From: Hydrurus foetidus
Taxonomy: Eukaryota
Assembly: GCA_900617105.1 (NCBI GenBank)
Contig: UYFQ01000083.1
Coordinates: 62,001 to 126,000, forward strand
Direction: 5' to 3'
Length of the DNA: 64,000 nucleotides
Part shown: one piece after another, positions 1 through 13,235 of the stretch
Position numbering within the stretch: the first letter of the stretch is position 1
How the letters are laid out: every line of letters begins with the position of its first letter
Translations under genes and position numbers: made by a program
The notes under the pieces: generated by a model
Told to the model about the DNA's origin: nothing
The model's database searches: none
What the model saw: the letters and a program-made list of their open reading frames with translations, nothing else

Positions 1-152
1 GACTGTGTGTTGTAGCGGAGTGGAATGCTTGGTTGGATGGAAGCGTCCGGTGAGACTTGATTTCTTTTTGATTCTAACACAAATTTTGTTTTTTGTATTT
101 TGCGATGATTCTATCATATTTCATCTAATTTTATTCAATTTATTGGATGTAG

Positions 153-3100
153 GAGCAATATGACGGAAGACGGATTGGAAGGATTTATACCGGCACCCCT
201 TACACCCGTTATAATCCCTAAAGGGGACGGAATCGAAGGATCCATAGATCCTACTGGACTGCCTTTCAAAGAAATTCTTTCTTCTTTACAACAAGCTGTG
301 GCTGAGTGTATCGATGCAGATGCGGCTGAGATGAGACAAGAGGGAGAAAGACAGGGAGGAGAGGAAGGAGGGAGTGTAGGGGACAGAGAACGTGCAGTAG
401 TAAGGTATGAGAATTCTACGGTTGCACACTATTTTTCCTCTCTTCCTTTTATGAACATGTCCAAGATAAGTGCGAAGAGTGTTTCTCAACGTACCTCTCT
501 TCCTCTCAACTCTCTCGCAGTCCTGCTGTGTATGTCTGCTTCTAAACACGTCTATCTGTCTCTGCTTTGACTACTTCGCGTCTTATCAGTTTCCGCTCGG
601 CACTTAATTTAACTCGAACCCACACGCGCACATAGCTTCCTCTCAACTCCTTCCTCTATTCTCTCTCTCATCCCTATCCCTTCCCAGTCCTCTTCACTCC
701 TTTCACTCTCTCTTCTATCACTCTCTCTTCTATCACCATCTATCACTCTAACCCCTCACCCCACTCTCTTGTCTCACTCTCACCCCACTCTCTTGTCTCA
801 CTCTCACACCCCCTCTCTTTTTCTCACCACCCCTTCACCTCACTCCCTCACTCACACTACCTTCCTACCTTCCTACCTCTCTACCTCCTCAGACAAGACC
901 CTTCTGTGCTCTCCCCTGATGTCCCCCTAATCGCCCTTGGAATGGATTCTATGAGGGGAATTCAACTTCAAGCGATTCTAGAATCTAGGTTCACGGTCCA
1001 GGTGCCGGATGAATTAATGTTCGAATCGGATTGTACTCTCAGAACAATTGCAGATGGTACGTACGTACGGTCAAATAATACTTATGTTTTAAGTTAATAT
1101 TGTAATTAGTAATTATGTATTTACTGTGTCTGCTGTAATGTATTTAATGCAATACAGTAAGTAATAAAGTGAGCAATTAGGTATGTGCTAGCAGTAAATG
1201 TTAAATCGTACCTCCTGTACAGAAGAACAGTAATTATCGATGGTCAGCTTTTCCTCTCTATATCATGAATATTCACTGTTTCAACATTGAAGCTATGATC
1301 GTCATTGTTATTGGAAGCGATGAGGTTGTGTCGAATGTGCATATGAATACCTATTATGATAAATTCTAAACACGATGCTTTCGCCACGTCACTCAAGTGG
1401 AGGGCGGGATTGGGTTTCAATCATTTTTAACATCTCTATCCCGTACTTCTTCTACTTCTCTCACTATCTCCTACCATATTTTCTCAGCCCTAATATCGGG
1501 GGGTCTAGTAAGGACCCGTCCGGTCATACTGGACTCCTGGGGGGTAGCGATGGCCGGGAGGACCCGTTCTCTTTTGGTCCCTAAAGGTCGACCATTCAGC
1601 AAGGACCCCTTACAACCCCAGGTATGGACCTTGGAACTTGATCTAGAATCTGGAATCTAGAAAAAGTGTTGGAGTGTTTTAACATTCTTTTAGTTGGAGA
1701 TTGTTATTTCTGTTGCTATCTAATTATCAGTCTGTACCCCCATCTAATCTACTATGCACTGTACCCCCATGCACTGTACTCTAATCTACTTAACTTTGTC
1801 GCACTGTACTGTACTGTTCTGTACTGTACTATACTGTACTGTACTGTACTGTACTGTTGTGTTGTGTACCGTATTGTATTGTACTGTACCGTATTGTACT
1901 GTACTACACTATACTGTACTGTACTGTACTGTACTGTACTGTACTGTACTGTACTGTACTGTACTGTACTGTACTGTACTGTACTGTACTGTACTGTACT
2001 CTAATCCACTTTACTGCACTACACTTCAATTCACTGTACTGTGCTGAACTGCATCAATCACTCATCACTACAATGCACTCATCGCCACTGCAATACACAC
2101 ATCATAACACAGCACAGCACTAGTGTATTCTATCCTGCACCCAACCACTATTTCATTTGTAACTCATCCTATCTCATCTCATTTCCTCTCTTCTCATTTT
2201 ATCTGCCCTCCTCCCCCCATTTTATCTAATCTCACCCCTTCCCATCCCCCCCTATCTCATTTTTTCTCACCCTATCTCATCTCACCTCATCTTATCTCAC
2301 CCTATCTCATCTCATCTCATCTCACCCTATCATATCTTATCTCATCTCACCCTATCTCATCTTATCTCATCTCACCCCGTACTATATTACAACCACTAAA
2401 CACTCAGCATAATAATATTTGACGCTTTGTAGTGGTTTCGTGAAAATGAAAGAAAGGCTGACGTGGACACCCACTGCTTCCCTGACAGCAGCGCCTTGCA
2501 TTCAGCGCCGATAACCGTTACACAAATTGTGCATCTAGGATTTCTGTGCATGTTGAAATACGGATATGTCATGTGGTGAGCTTAACACTTTGTACGGGTA
2601 TAAGAATGTACTCAGAATGGTGTTGTTGATCTGTTCTGTGGCTTGATTATTCGTCACTTTGTGACGGATACTGATGGATGCACTGGGGATGGTTAATATC
2701 TTTACTTGATACCAAGAATTAGTAATCAATAAGAATTTTTTACTTGTCAATCGTAGTAGTAAAAAAGATTATAATCGTAGTAAAAACTGACTAAGAATTG
2801 ATACTAAGAAATGCTGCATTGCTAAGGTTCACTTTTTTTCTTGCATTTAAGATTACTTAATATCAATTAATGCAATTGCCATAAATTGGCAGGAATGTAC
2901 AATTGAAATTACAATAATCTTACTGTTCTTAAATACCAGTATTACATACCATTATTGCGTACATTATTTACACATGATATTATCAGTTATTCATAGTGTA
3001 CTACACCATATTCTCCAGCATCTATCACTTATTCCCATCGTAATTATTTCTAATAACCTCTTTCTATTGTATCTGTCATTGTAATAGGATAACCGCTATA

Positions 3101-6100
3101 GCTGTGTTGGTTTTCTTCGCACCCTCTTTTATTTCCATGGGAATTATCTCGCTTGCAGTTGTCGTAGTTGCTGTTGTTCTGTTGTCCACTTGCAGGTAAT
3201 AATTGTGTTGTGTTGGGGTGTAGTGTAGTGTAGTGTAGTGTAGTGTAGTGTAGTGTAGTGTAGTGTAGTGTAGTGTAGTGTAGTGTAGTGTAGTGTCGTG
3301 CGGTGGTGATAGTGATAGTGATGGTGTAGTGGAGTGGACTGTGGTGTAGTGTAGTGCGGTGGTGACAGTGATGGTGATGGCGGTGGTGGTGGTGGGAGTA
3401 CTATGAGGTGAGATGAGATAATATAGGATAGGATAGGATAGGGTAGGGTAGGATGGAATGAGATGGGATAGGATGGGATGGAATGAGATGGGATAGGATG
3501 GGATAAGATGGGATGGGATAGCATGTCAATATTCAACTTATTCGATAGTAGTTGGACTCGCAATTTATTTCCTCCCTCCTCCTCCCTCCCTCCCTCCCTC
3601 CCTCCCTCCCTCCCTCCCTCCCTCCCTCCCTCCCTCCCTCCCTCCTCCCTCCCTCCCTCCCTCCCTCCCTCTCTCCCTCCCTCCCTATTCCCCCCGACTT
3701 TATCTTTTTTGTTCTCGACTTTTTAAATCTCAAATATGAACGAAAATCAACCCTGAGTTATAAGCAGTAAACGACTGTGAGAATCACGGAATTGTCCGAA
3801 TAATCGTGAAATTAATTTAACGACAATAAGCATAATTTCTTGATTTTTAGTGGTGCTTCCTTTTCCTACGCCATTCTTGACTTTCATATCATTCTCACTT
3901 TTCTTCAACTTCCCATGACATCTCATTTTGTTGACTTTTTTCTTTGACTTATACTTCGACAGATCATCCAGAGTCTTTAATTTGACTCACACCTTCGAGT
4001 TGGTGTGTCGGTACTTCAGTCTGAGAATTATATTGGAGAAGAGAGAAACTGTTAAGACTCTCACTCCTAATGTATATCTGTTCGGTGAGTGGATTATATG
4101 TGCCTTGTTTTACTTCATTTTATTGTATTGTATTGTCTTGTCTTGTCTCTTGTCCTGTCTGATCTTGTCTTGTCTTGTCTTGTCTTGTCTTGTCTTGTCC
4201 TGTCTTGTCTTGTCTTGTCTTGTCTTGCCTTGTCTTGTCTTGTCTTGTCTTGTCTTGTCTTGGCTTGTCTTGTCTTGTCCCGTGGCTTGGCTTGGCTTGG
4301 CTTGGCTTGGCTTGTCTTGGCTTGGCTTGTCTTGTCTTGTCTTGTCTGTCTGTCTTGTCTTGTCTGATCTTGTCTTGTCTTGTCTGCCTTGTCTTGTCTT
4401 GTCTTGTCTTGTCTTGTCTTGTCTTGTCTGGTCTTGTCTTGTCTTGTCTTGTCTTGTCTTGTCTTGTCTTGTCTTGTCTTGTCTTGTCTTGTCTTGTCTC
4501 GTCTGATCTTGTCTTGTCTGATCTTGTCTTGTCTTGTCTTGTCTTGTCTTGTCTTGTCTTGTCTTGTCTTGTCTTGTCTTGTCTTGTCTTGTCTTGTCTT
4601 GTCTTGCCTTGTCTCGTCTTGTCTTGTCTTGTCTTGCCTTGTCTAGTCTTGTCTTGTCTTGTCTTGTCTTGCCTTGTCTTGTCTGGTCTTGTCTTGTATT
4701 GTTTTGTTTTGTCTTGTCTGGTCTTGTCTTGCCTTGTTTTGTCTTGTCTTGTCTTGTCCTTGTCTTGTCTTGTCTTGTCTTGTCTTGTCTTGTCTTGTCT
4801 TGTCTTGTCTTGTCTTGTCTTGTCTTGCCTTGCAATTTATTCTGATGTGGTGCGGTATGATGTGTTGCAGGTCACACATTACTGCAACGAATAAAAGAAT
4901 TCGATTTCTCACTTCAAATCTTTTTTCTGTCCCGTAATTCATCCCGATTAATCACCCACTAATTTCGATGGCATTTATACTAAATAGCTACAGAAGGACT
5001 TCATCCGATTGCACCGTATATGCTTGCTGAGCTATCCGAGCTCATGCTACCTGAAGCATTTTTCATGCACAGACAAAATGGAGGTGGATCAATGTTGCTG
5101 TCATGATGTGTATGTCCTAAAACAGAAACAAATTAAAGTATATCCGATTGTGTTTTTACTCGTAGAAACTTTAACATATTTGCACTTATGAAACGGCTGT
5201 GAGATACAACAGAACAGTTTTCAATTTTGATTTTTACATTCTTAACTTTAACGAGATTAATTTATGATTCCGAATTAGATCACTCTGATTTGATCAAGTG
5301 CATATAACGAAAGTCACCATTTTTCTTCTTCTTTTGTCTGTTTATTTCTGATTACTGTTAGTACATCATCGTCAATTAGATGTGTCCACTGTCCATCCAC
5401 TATATCCATTCCTTCTTTCCTCATCCTTTTCTTTTCCTCCCTCCTTCCTTCTCTTCCTACCTTCTTCCCTTTCTCTTACCCTTCCTCCCTCTTACTCTTT
5501 TTCCCTCTCTCCTTTCCTTTCTCTTACCCTCCCTCCCTATTTCCTTCCCTCCCTTCCCCCTTTCCCCTTTAGGGTTGTGCGTTCCTCTCATAGGATTCTG
5601 TCTGTGGATCACTGGCCATACATCTACGTACGTTCACATTTATTCAAAATGTGTGAAGAAGAGGCGTGCGTTTTGTATTGTATTGTATTGTATTGTATTG
5701 TATTGTATTGTATTGAATTGCATTGTATTGTATTGTATTGTATTGTATTGTATTGTATTGTCTTGTCTTGTCTTGACTTGTCTCATTTGTTTATTTGTTT
5801 ATTTATTTGTTTGTTTGTTTGTTTGTTTGTTTCTTCTTCTTTTATTGTCTCGACTTCTGCTCGAAATGAATTATTCGTCTTCTTTGCCACTGCATTTATT
5901 TCTTATTTTACTGTACTACTTAAGATGTACTTGTTTCATTCTGTACTGCTTCTCTGATCATATCTTGCCTGCTGTTTATTTCAATGCTAAGACTATTTTT
6001 CTACTCCCTCATCTCTCACATGAATTTATTTTATAATACATCAATACAATCAAGGTTCCCAGAGCTAATGTTTCGCTTACATTTTTATCACATTTTTTTT

Positions 6101-7775
6101 CATTTTTCAATGATATTATTCTTATCTAAACATAGCAAATCATTTCAAGAAATCAAGAATGATCTGTTGGAGGGCAAAAGTATTGGAGTGTTGGCAAATC
6201 TGTCAGAATATAGAGAGGTACGTACGTACGTGTCAACTTCTGCATTTTATTGTCAACTTTGCTGAATTTGCTGAAATTTAATACAGTACTATTTCCATAG
6301 AATAAAATGTCTCACAGAAATTTTGAAATTAAAATTAATGACTGTGAAAAATACGGATTTCGTCTTGTATTAAAATTGGAGAATACACTCTTTTTCTGGA
6401 TTTTAAAAATTGCTCTCCTATTTACAATTGTTAAGTATATGAATACATTTTTTTTGTGATTTCATATTTCTTCTTATGCTGTTGTAAGAGTTGAAATGAT
6501 TTACGAAAAATAATTCAGATACCATATTCCGTATTCTGTATACCTCTGACTTGTGAATACATTTTTTTGTGGGTGTGACGGAATGTATTTTGTTTCGTGG
6601 AAAGGTAACAACGTTTTTTACCATGGCAACTTATCAGATTACTCTGTCGAAGGAAGGCAAGACAAGAAGAGATGCAGCAAATGGAAATCAAATAGAGTCA
6701 AATAGAGAGAGTGTAAAAGACATCATTCTTGCATCCTTGCTGACAGGAAGTACGATTATCCCCTGTTACTCTGCCGGAGACTCCGAGACATTACGGCTAA
6801 ACTTTAACGGGTATACCGGGTACGCCGTGTCTGCCGTAATGAGCTTACTGCCAATTAGTGTGTGTGTTTTTAGTGGAAGATGGGGTCTGCCTCTGCCTTA
6901 CAGGTGAGCAAATATAGCCTTTTATTTCATTTTATCTTGTTTTATCTTGTTTTATGTGATCTTACATACTCGTCAAAAGTGCTCCTAGAAAATCACCAAA
7001 ACAGCTGTTTTGTTTTGACTTCGACAGTCCTCTTGTCAAACGCATTCACAGCATCTACACACCTTTACACTGGCAGTTAACGTATTCAAATCGCCCGGAC
7101 ACTTTTATCTGTATTTAACGTTTAAGCTGTCATCCTCACATTCATTATATGTGTGAATCGTCGTGTATCGGGGTGGGTCCAGATTAGAAGTGGATCGGCA
7201 ATTAAACACGATCCTTGACCTTTAATCTACATTCATGAAGTCGATTGTTTAATCGAATATCTGTATTATCGCACGATATATGTACACTCAATTTCAATAC
7301 AGAAAACCTTTGCACTACTATATCCATATTGAAGTTGAAGTTGAAGTTCAAGTTGAAGTTCAAAGTCGTTTCAGGGACCCTTTACTTATCATTTCTATAT
7401 TCAATGCATTACAGAGCGACTGTGCACTTTATAGTAATCTTTCTTGATTACGCTGTTGTCCTTATACTGAATGCTTGCTCTGTCAAGCTTCTTACTCCTT
7501 TTTATTGCATTCAAACACCTCTACACTATCGTACCCATACTCATTCTGATACCCAAACCCATTCTTATACCCATTCTTACAATCATATTCTAATTCACGT
7601 GCATTTCAGAACGCCTTTACTGATGGTAATCGGAAGACAGATTCCGTGTCCTAAAATCCAAGATCCCTCTGCAGAACTAGTACACGAATTCCAAGTGACG
7701 TACTTGAAAGAATTAAAAAGACTGCGCAGTACGTACGAAAACACGTACAGAAGTCCGCACACGAAAGAAGCTTGA
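153..7775 (+). CDS. 3' part of a multi-exon gene: acyl-carrier (PP-binding) domain + TM helices + divergent DGAT2/MOGAT-like acyltransferase domain (5' end outside window)
   Basis: Phase-compatible GT-AG exons 153-404, 893-1056, 1488-1621, 2433-2575, 3088-3195, 3963-4084, (possible unresolved exon ~4988-5109), 5573-5627, 6136-6217, 6638-6903, 7610-7775. ACP motif PLIALGMDSMRGIQLQAILESRFTVQVP. Hydrophobic ITAIAVLVFFAPSFISMGIISLAVVVVAVVLL. DGAT2-like segments RYFSLRII..NVYLF, LCVPLIGFCLWITG, GSTIIPCYSAGDSE, GRWGLPLPYR-TPLLMVIGRQIPCPKIQDPSAELVHEFQVTYLKELKRL. Confidence 0.75.
1803..2000. repeat. (TACTG)n pentanucleotide microsatellite, intronic
   Basis: Directly visible gtact tandem array. Confidence 0.97.
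2170..2375. repeat. Degenerate (ATCTC)n pentamer tract, intronic
   Basis: atctcatctc/atctcaccct arrays. Confidence 0.85.
3219..3295. repeat. (TAGTG)n microsatellite, intronic
   Basis: Direct tandem array. Confidence 0.97.
3571..3684. repeat. (CCCT)n microsatellite, intronic
   Basis: Direct tandem array. Confidence 0.95.
4121..4832. repeat. (TCTTG)n microsatellite, ~700 bp, intronic
   Basis: Direct tandem array; source of the LSCLV/QDKTR ORFs. Confidence 0.98.
5672..5775. repeat. (TATTG)n microsatellite, intronic
   Basis: Direct tandem array. Confidence 0.95.
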
Positions 7776-10387
7776 CTGATCACCGGTAGCTTGAGAGTTC
7801 TTTAGTTGCAAATAAAGAGATGATTTGGTGTAGTTTTAATTTCTACTGTACCACTCAATTTATGTTTGATCCGATATATCTGAATTATGCTACTGTACTC
7901 TTCTATAACCTACTGTTCTGTGCTCCACTCTATTCCATTGTGCTGTACTCTACGACACTGTGCAGCACAGCGCTCTCCTCTTCTGTACTACGTTATACTC
8001 CACCGGACTACAATACTTAGATCCTGCATACTATCCGTATTTTGATATACGTACAAATCTATTGTTGCCGCATCATTTTCACCTTCACCGAAAGGCTACT
8101 CCGCACAACACTACACTGCGTTGCATCGCATTGCACTGAAATCTGTGTCACTGCATTGCACTCTACTCTCTACTGTCCTTCCCTGCTCATGTATGTGCTG
8201 CATTGGACGGAGCGAGATGAGAAGTTGGATTGAGTAGTGTAGTTGATAGATTAATCAATGTGTACTCCTATTTCGTTGTTTGGACTACAGCATCGATCGC
8301 ACTTCTTCCTCTTTCCCCCTCTTTACCTTCTTCTCCCTCATTCTTATTCTCCCTCTTTTCCCTCTCCTCTTTCTCGCCTTGTCTCTTTTTAATCCTCTCT
8401 CTCATCCTCCTTCATATCCTTCTCCTCCTTCACTATCTTCTCCTTCTCTATTAATCCCTATGTCTTCCTCCTTCCCACACTTCTGTGATATATCAATTCC
8501 TTAATTGTGGACTGTCATTCACCGTGCCTCAGTCATCTGACAGAGAGTACTACAGCAGAATGTAGCACTAAATATTCCTAGGCCTTGGAACCTACAACTT
8601 CAAGTTGAAGTTGAAGTTGAAAGTTGAAGTTGATGTTGGACGATTGACTAAATTGTGTTCCTTGCATCTTCAATATATCCCCCGCTAATCAACAATGAAA
8701 GAGACAGTATTATCTGCTCACCTTTTAATTTCTTTTTAATCAATAGAGTTGAATTATTCCTAATTCAGAATTATTTCTCACTGCATTTCACGCATTTGTG
8801 AAGTGGGTAACTGCCTATTTTTATCATCTTTAAATCCTATTTTTATCCTATTTTTATCCTATTTAATCCCTATAGTTCATGCCTTTTTTAGACCTTCTAT
8901 TTTTGAAATTTTCGTTTTTTATAGAGATAAAATCTTAAGATGAAATAGAGAATTTTGTGGCGATTGAAGGCAAGAATATTCAGTTTTCAGTTTTCAGTTT
9001 TCAGTTTTTCCAAGAAGGGACAGGGTTGTAAAATTTGCCCCCCTTATTTTATTTTTTATGAAGTATGACCGAGACAGAATAAAATGTCCTAGAATGTAAA
9101 CGAATCCAAGGTGGAAATGAAATGGTGATTTCAACAGTGCTCAAACCCGTTTGTTTTGGACATTTTATTTTGTCTTGGTGATACACCCTTCGTCAGTAAA
9201 GTGATGCAGATTGAAGAACTGCCTAATTATCTTACCGTACACCAAATTCCAACTCAGATGTGTTTTCGTGACACTTAGTGTATATTGTTGAATTGAAATT
9301 ATTACAGCGCTATTGAGGATTTTCTTGAGGCTTATTAGACGAATACGGAGTGATAAAAAATGTTTCCAGCGGTTATTTTCGAGCACGGTAATACGATAGT
9401 CCTGCTTAGTAGCGACTTCTGTAACACCTTCATTTAGTTGGTAAGTCCACCATGAGCACGTGTCAAGGATCGAGATAGAATCTATTAGGTCAACGCTGCA
9501 TTTTAAGAATTAAAGGAGTAAAACGATATTTTTCTTATTTTCCTCTATTGTAAATAATCTAAAATCCACGCATACGTATGAGAAGGCAAGCGTGATTATA
9601 ATGAAATTGACTTCTAAATAAATCTTATGATGTGTAAATCTGATTGTTTATTGTTTGGAAGTAAACATATACGGAGTTTCATCATGTACTGGGACTTTGA
9701 CTATTAAGCGCTACATCTGCATTAATCCGTCTCAGAATTTCCATGGTTACAAAAAGAAGCCGTCATCTATTGGCGTGTATGATAATGATAATGCGGAAGA
9801 TAAAAGCGAGTGATGACATGAAGAGTATGAAGTATAATCTATGTTTGTGGAGAGAAGTGTCTATCTATAAAAACGGTAACGAGCAATTTTCGACGAAGAA
9901 AAATTGCTGGTAATTTATGACTTAAAATGTATCAGTGAGGCATGTGAATGAAATGAAAAAATCAAGAAAATGAATCAATTAAATAAGTCAAATTAAGAGG
10001 TCAAAGTGATGAGTGCGACAGAGAGCGTGAAAATGAGTATTGTTGTGCATAGTTTTTCTTCTTAGATCTAATCTCGGAAATTCGTCCGAACGACACGTGT
10101 TGGACTAACACAGAGTGACGAGCATTTTATTTCCTTTCCTTTCCTTTTCTTTTCTTCCATTTTATTTCCTTTCCTTTTCTTTTCTTCCTTTTTATTTTCT
10201 TTCCTTTTCTTTTCTTTTCTTTTTATTTCCCTTCCTTTTCTTTTCTTTTCTCTTCTCTCTGAGAGTGTGCTTCAAGCAGCCGCCGCTCAATGCATGACGT
10301 TTCGATAAGAGTGATACTGACCGCACATCAGATAACAGTGCGACTACGGAGGAGTGACGTGGGCACCTTAGTGGGACGAATGGAGGG

Positions 10388-12935
10388 TTAAGGTGTCAGT
10401 GCCCTAGTTAGCACTGTGGGACGGATGGAGGGTTTACGTGTCGGTACCTTTGTTGGTTTAATTGTCGGTTTCGTGGACGGTAGCACTGTGGGACGGATGG
10501 AGGGTTTACGTGTCAGTTTCGAAGTCGGCTTAGTAGAAGGAGGTTTAGATGGAACGCGTGTTGGTGTATTCGTTGGTTTTCTTGTCGGCTTCATGCTGGG
10601 TCTTGCGGTAGGCTTGGGTGTTGGGTGATATTGAGTAGGGTATTCTGAAATTAAGGTGGGAGACATTGTGGGTTTACGAGATGGATAACTCGAGACGGAA
10701 TTTGCATTTCCGAGAGAGAGCATCACTGCTTCAAATTTGCCGTAATTGACTGATCCGAGTCCTGATGCGGGGTCCCACCCTCGTGTAGCGTAGAAGCCTT
10801 GAGGGCACGTCAGACCGTCCTTGTTGTTGCCCTTCGTAACATCATTAACAAATTGGGAGGCGTATGCATAGAGCGTTGGGTGGATCCAACCGATGGGTCC
10901 CTTTCCCACGGCTAGGCGAGCGGCATTTATATTGGAGAACATGCCTGCTGCGACAGGACAAGAGGCGGAGGTACCAGACGTTCCGCCCCAGTTCGTACTG
11001 AGTTCCGTACGGTGCTGCACCTTGTACATGTGTCCTTCAAAAGACACATCTGGTGTACCTCTACCTCCCGCATTGTACCCAGCAACAGGCTTCACTAGTG
11101 AGAGAGACACTTCAGTGACGTATTTACGAACAGCCTCATTTTGGTAGGAAGGTCGAGGATATTTGAATGAGAAACCCCCACCCGATGTTATCGCTTGACC
11201 AGCGTTCCAAGAACAAACAGTTTCTTCCGTATAGTGTAACGCGCCCTGTATACAAACAGAAAATATACAGAAAAATCAATGGTGAGTATCTATGAGTAAG
11301 CAATGATATGGTCGTCCTAAAAAGTGGTGAGAGTTGATGTCATGATTGTCACCAGGCAATGAAGTTACTCAATTATTGGTGCAATTTTGATGAAGATGAC
11401 CACGTCATTATATGTCGAATTTAAATTTGAGAAAATATCGTAGTGTGGTGTAGTGTGGCGTATTGCAGTGTAGTATAGTGTAGTGTGATGTAGTGTAGTG
11501 CGGTGTAGTGTAGTGCGCCCTACAGAAGAGAAAAAAATGTCGTAGCGAGTCCATAAAGTGAATTAAGTGATGTAAAAACGTCAGTAAGATCATGAGTAAG
11601 TATACCGCGGATGAAAGCCAACCAAGGAGAAGTAACCAAAAAATGCATTTTCTTGTCCAATATGTACACGTACCGTCGTGGCCCCTACAGAAACCGTATA
11701 CGGATTGGTGCCTGGGAAAGTGGGATTATACGCACACATTCCGTTGAATGCATCACCAAGTGCGCCTTGATCACCTGATGCAGTGAACACTGTCACTCCC
11801 ATAGCACTTGCCTTGACTATCCATTCCTCATATATCGAATACTCTGATCTAGTCATCATCCTCTCTGTGAGCGCGTAGCTGATACTTACCACTAGGGAAG
11901 GCTTTGGTTTTCCAGCGAGATCTCTGATGAATCTAGCAATTCATTGATTGTAATGCCAGTATGTTGTAGGCGATCCTGGTGACATCGCCATTATATACTG
12001 CATGTCTAAGTTACCTTCTGCTAATTTCCCTTCGGGAATGGATGGGTCGTCCGTTGCGTGGCCGTCATCGACTTCAATGATAGCTGGTTGATACGGTTGC
12101 ATCGACACATTGCCTTGAAAATAACGCAGACTTAACGGGCTGAAATAGTCATGATTGCCTGCGAACACCACCTGAGTTGATAAACTGTTCCCTGCACTGT
12201 TACTCATATTGTAATATATTCTCAGTCTCGCTGGCGTGACCAGATATTCGTGTAGTTCTCCAATTATTTCAAGTCTTCGGCTTTTAGTGCTCTCGACTTC
12301 GATGGCACTTGAATGCCATCGGTTCTGAATAATGGGCATTTCAACTATGTTCATAGCGCAGAGCACATGCGAGTGAATCTCCCTCGGCATCCAATATTCT
12401 TCCGCTCTGACTACCTCACTCACATTACCGTCGCGATGTGTTTGCTGAAATATATGGAAGCTCGTGTTGAAGAGTTTGTTCCACACAGATATTGGTGCCT
12501 GAGCTGTAATGTATTCCTTCCCGAACTCACTGATACCACCGAAGCGTCATTTGCTTGCAAATATGCACTTACAGAGGCGAAAGATATCGGGTCAGACGTC
12601 AACTCCACCACTTGATCCCTTGTCATATGCTGGCCGTAGTTGGCACTTCCTGGATCCGAGACGTCGTCAACTAATTGGGTCAATTCGCCCATGTTTCTCG
12701 ACTGGATCACGAAGATTACTTCGTGAATATAGTGGTCATCAGGTCGGTTTCTCATAGTGACGTCAGAGCGAGAGGACAAAAAAGGAATTGCTTCCCTGAA
12801 GATATGGGTCTGAGTAGTGCCATCATTGTCTGTGAGCTGTTCCTCCACGAAACTCGATGATGAGTCCGAAGACTGAGTACGTCCTCTGTGCAAGTTGTTG
12901 CAAAGCAGAATGATTCCGAAGAGAATTCGCAACAT
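10388..12935 (-). pseudogene. Sedolisin / tripeptidyl-peptidase I-like (peptidase S53) gene with signal peptide, pro-domain and Pro/Thr-rich tail; disrupted
   Basis: Signal MLRILFGIILLC; pro-domain VSDPGSANYGQHMTRDQV; catalytic motifs AEGNLDMQY, ASGDQG, RGTPDVS, SGTSASCP, GWDPASGLGS. Exons 12935-11674 and 11245-10388. Frameshift near 12518, in-frame TGA at 11941-11943, TAA at 10388-10390 inside the KPSIRPT repeat. Confidence 0.85.
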
Positions 12936-13235
12936 CCTGCAAGAAGATTTTTCACCGGCAGAGGTGATGCCTGACGCGCGTGGATGGTTTGGGACAGTGG
13001 TTTGGGATGGCGTGGATGGTTTGGGACAGTGGCTTGGGGTGGTTTGCTTCCCCTCGACAAAGTGGAGATGACCACGTAGCTGTCTATTTTATCCCAATTT
13101 GCAACGGACAACAGAGAACAACTCGAGACTTCAGTGCAAACATGAAACAAGGAACATAGAACATGAAGGGCGGGGGCGGGTAGCTTTTCGTACTCATATA
13201 TGGCGCCTAATTTTCAAAAAAAGTTACTACGCACA

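Noticed and set aside
1666..4942. Long ORFs such as YCTVL, LSCLV, QDKTR and PPSL repeats
   Set aside because: Translations of intronic microsatellites, open in several frames on both strands
11941..11943. In-frame TGA as selenocysteine or a reassigned stop codon
   Set aside because: The same gene has a frameshift and a premature TAA, TGA terminates other genes here (7775, 38483, 49769), and the site is not catalytic
12978..13045. Direct repeat cgtggatggtttgggacagtgg x2 upstream of the S53 gene as a CRISPR or telomeric repeat
   Set aside because: Only two copies with an 11-nt gap in eukaryotic context; a simple local duplication
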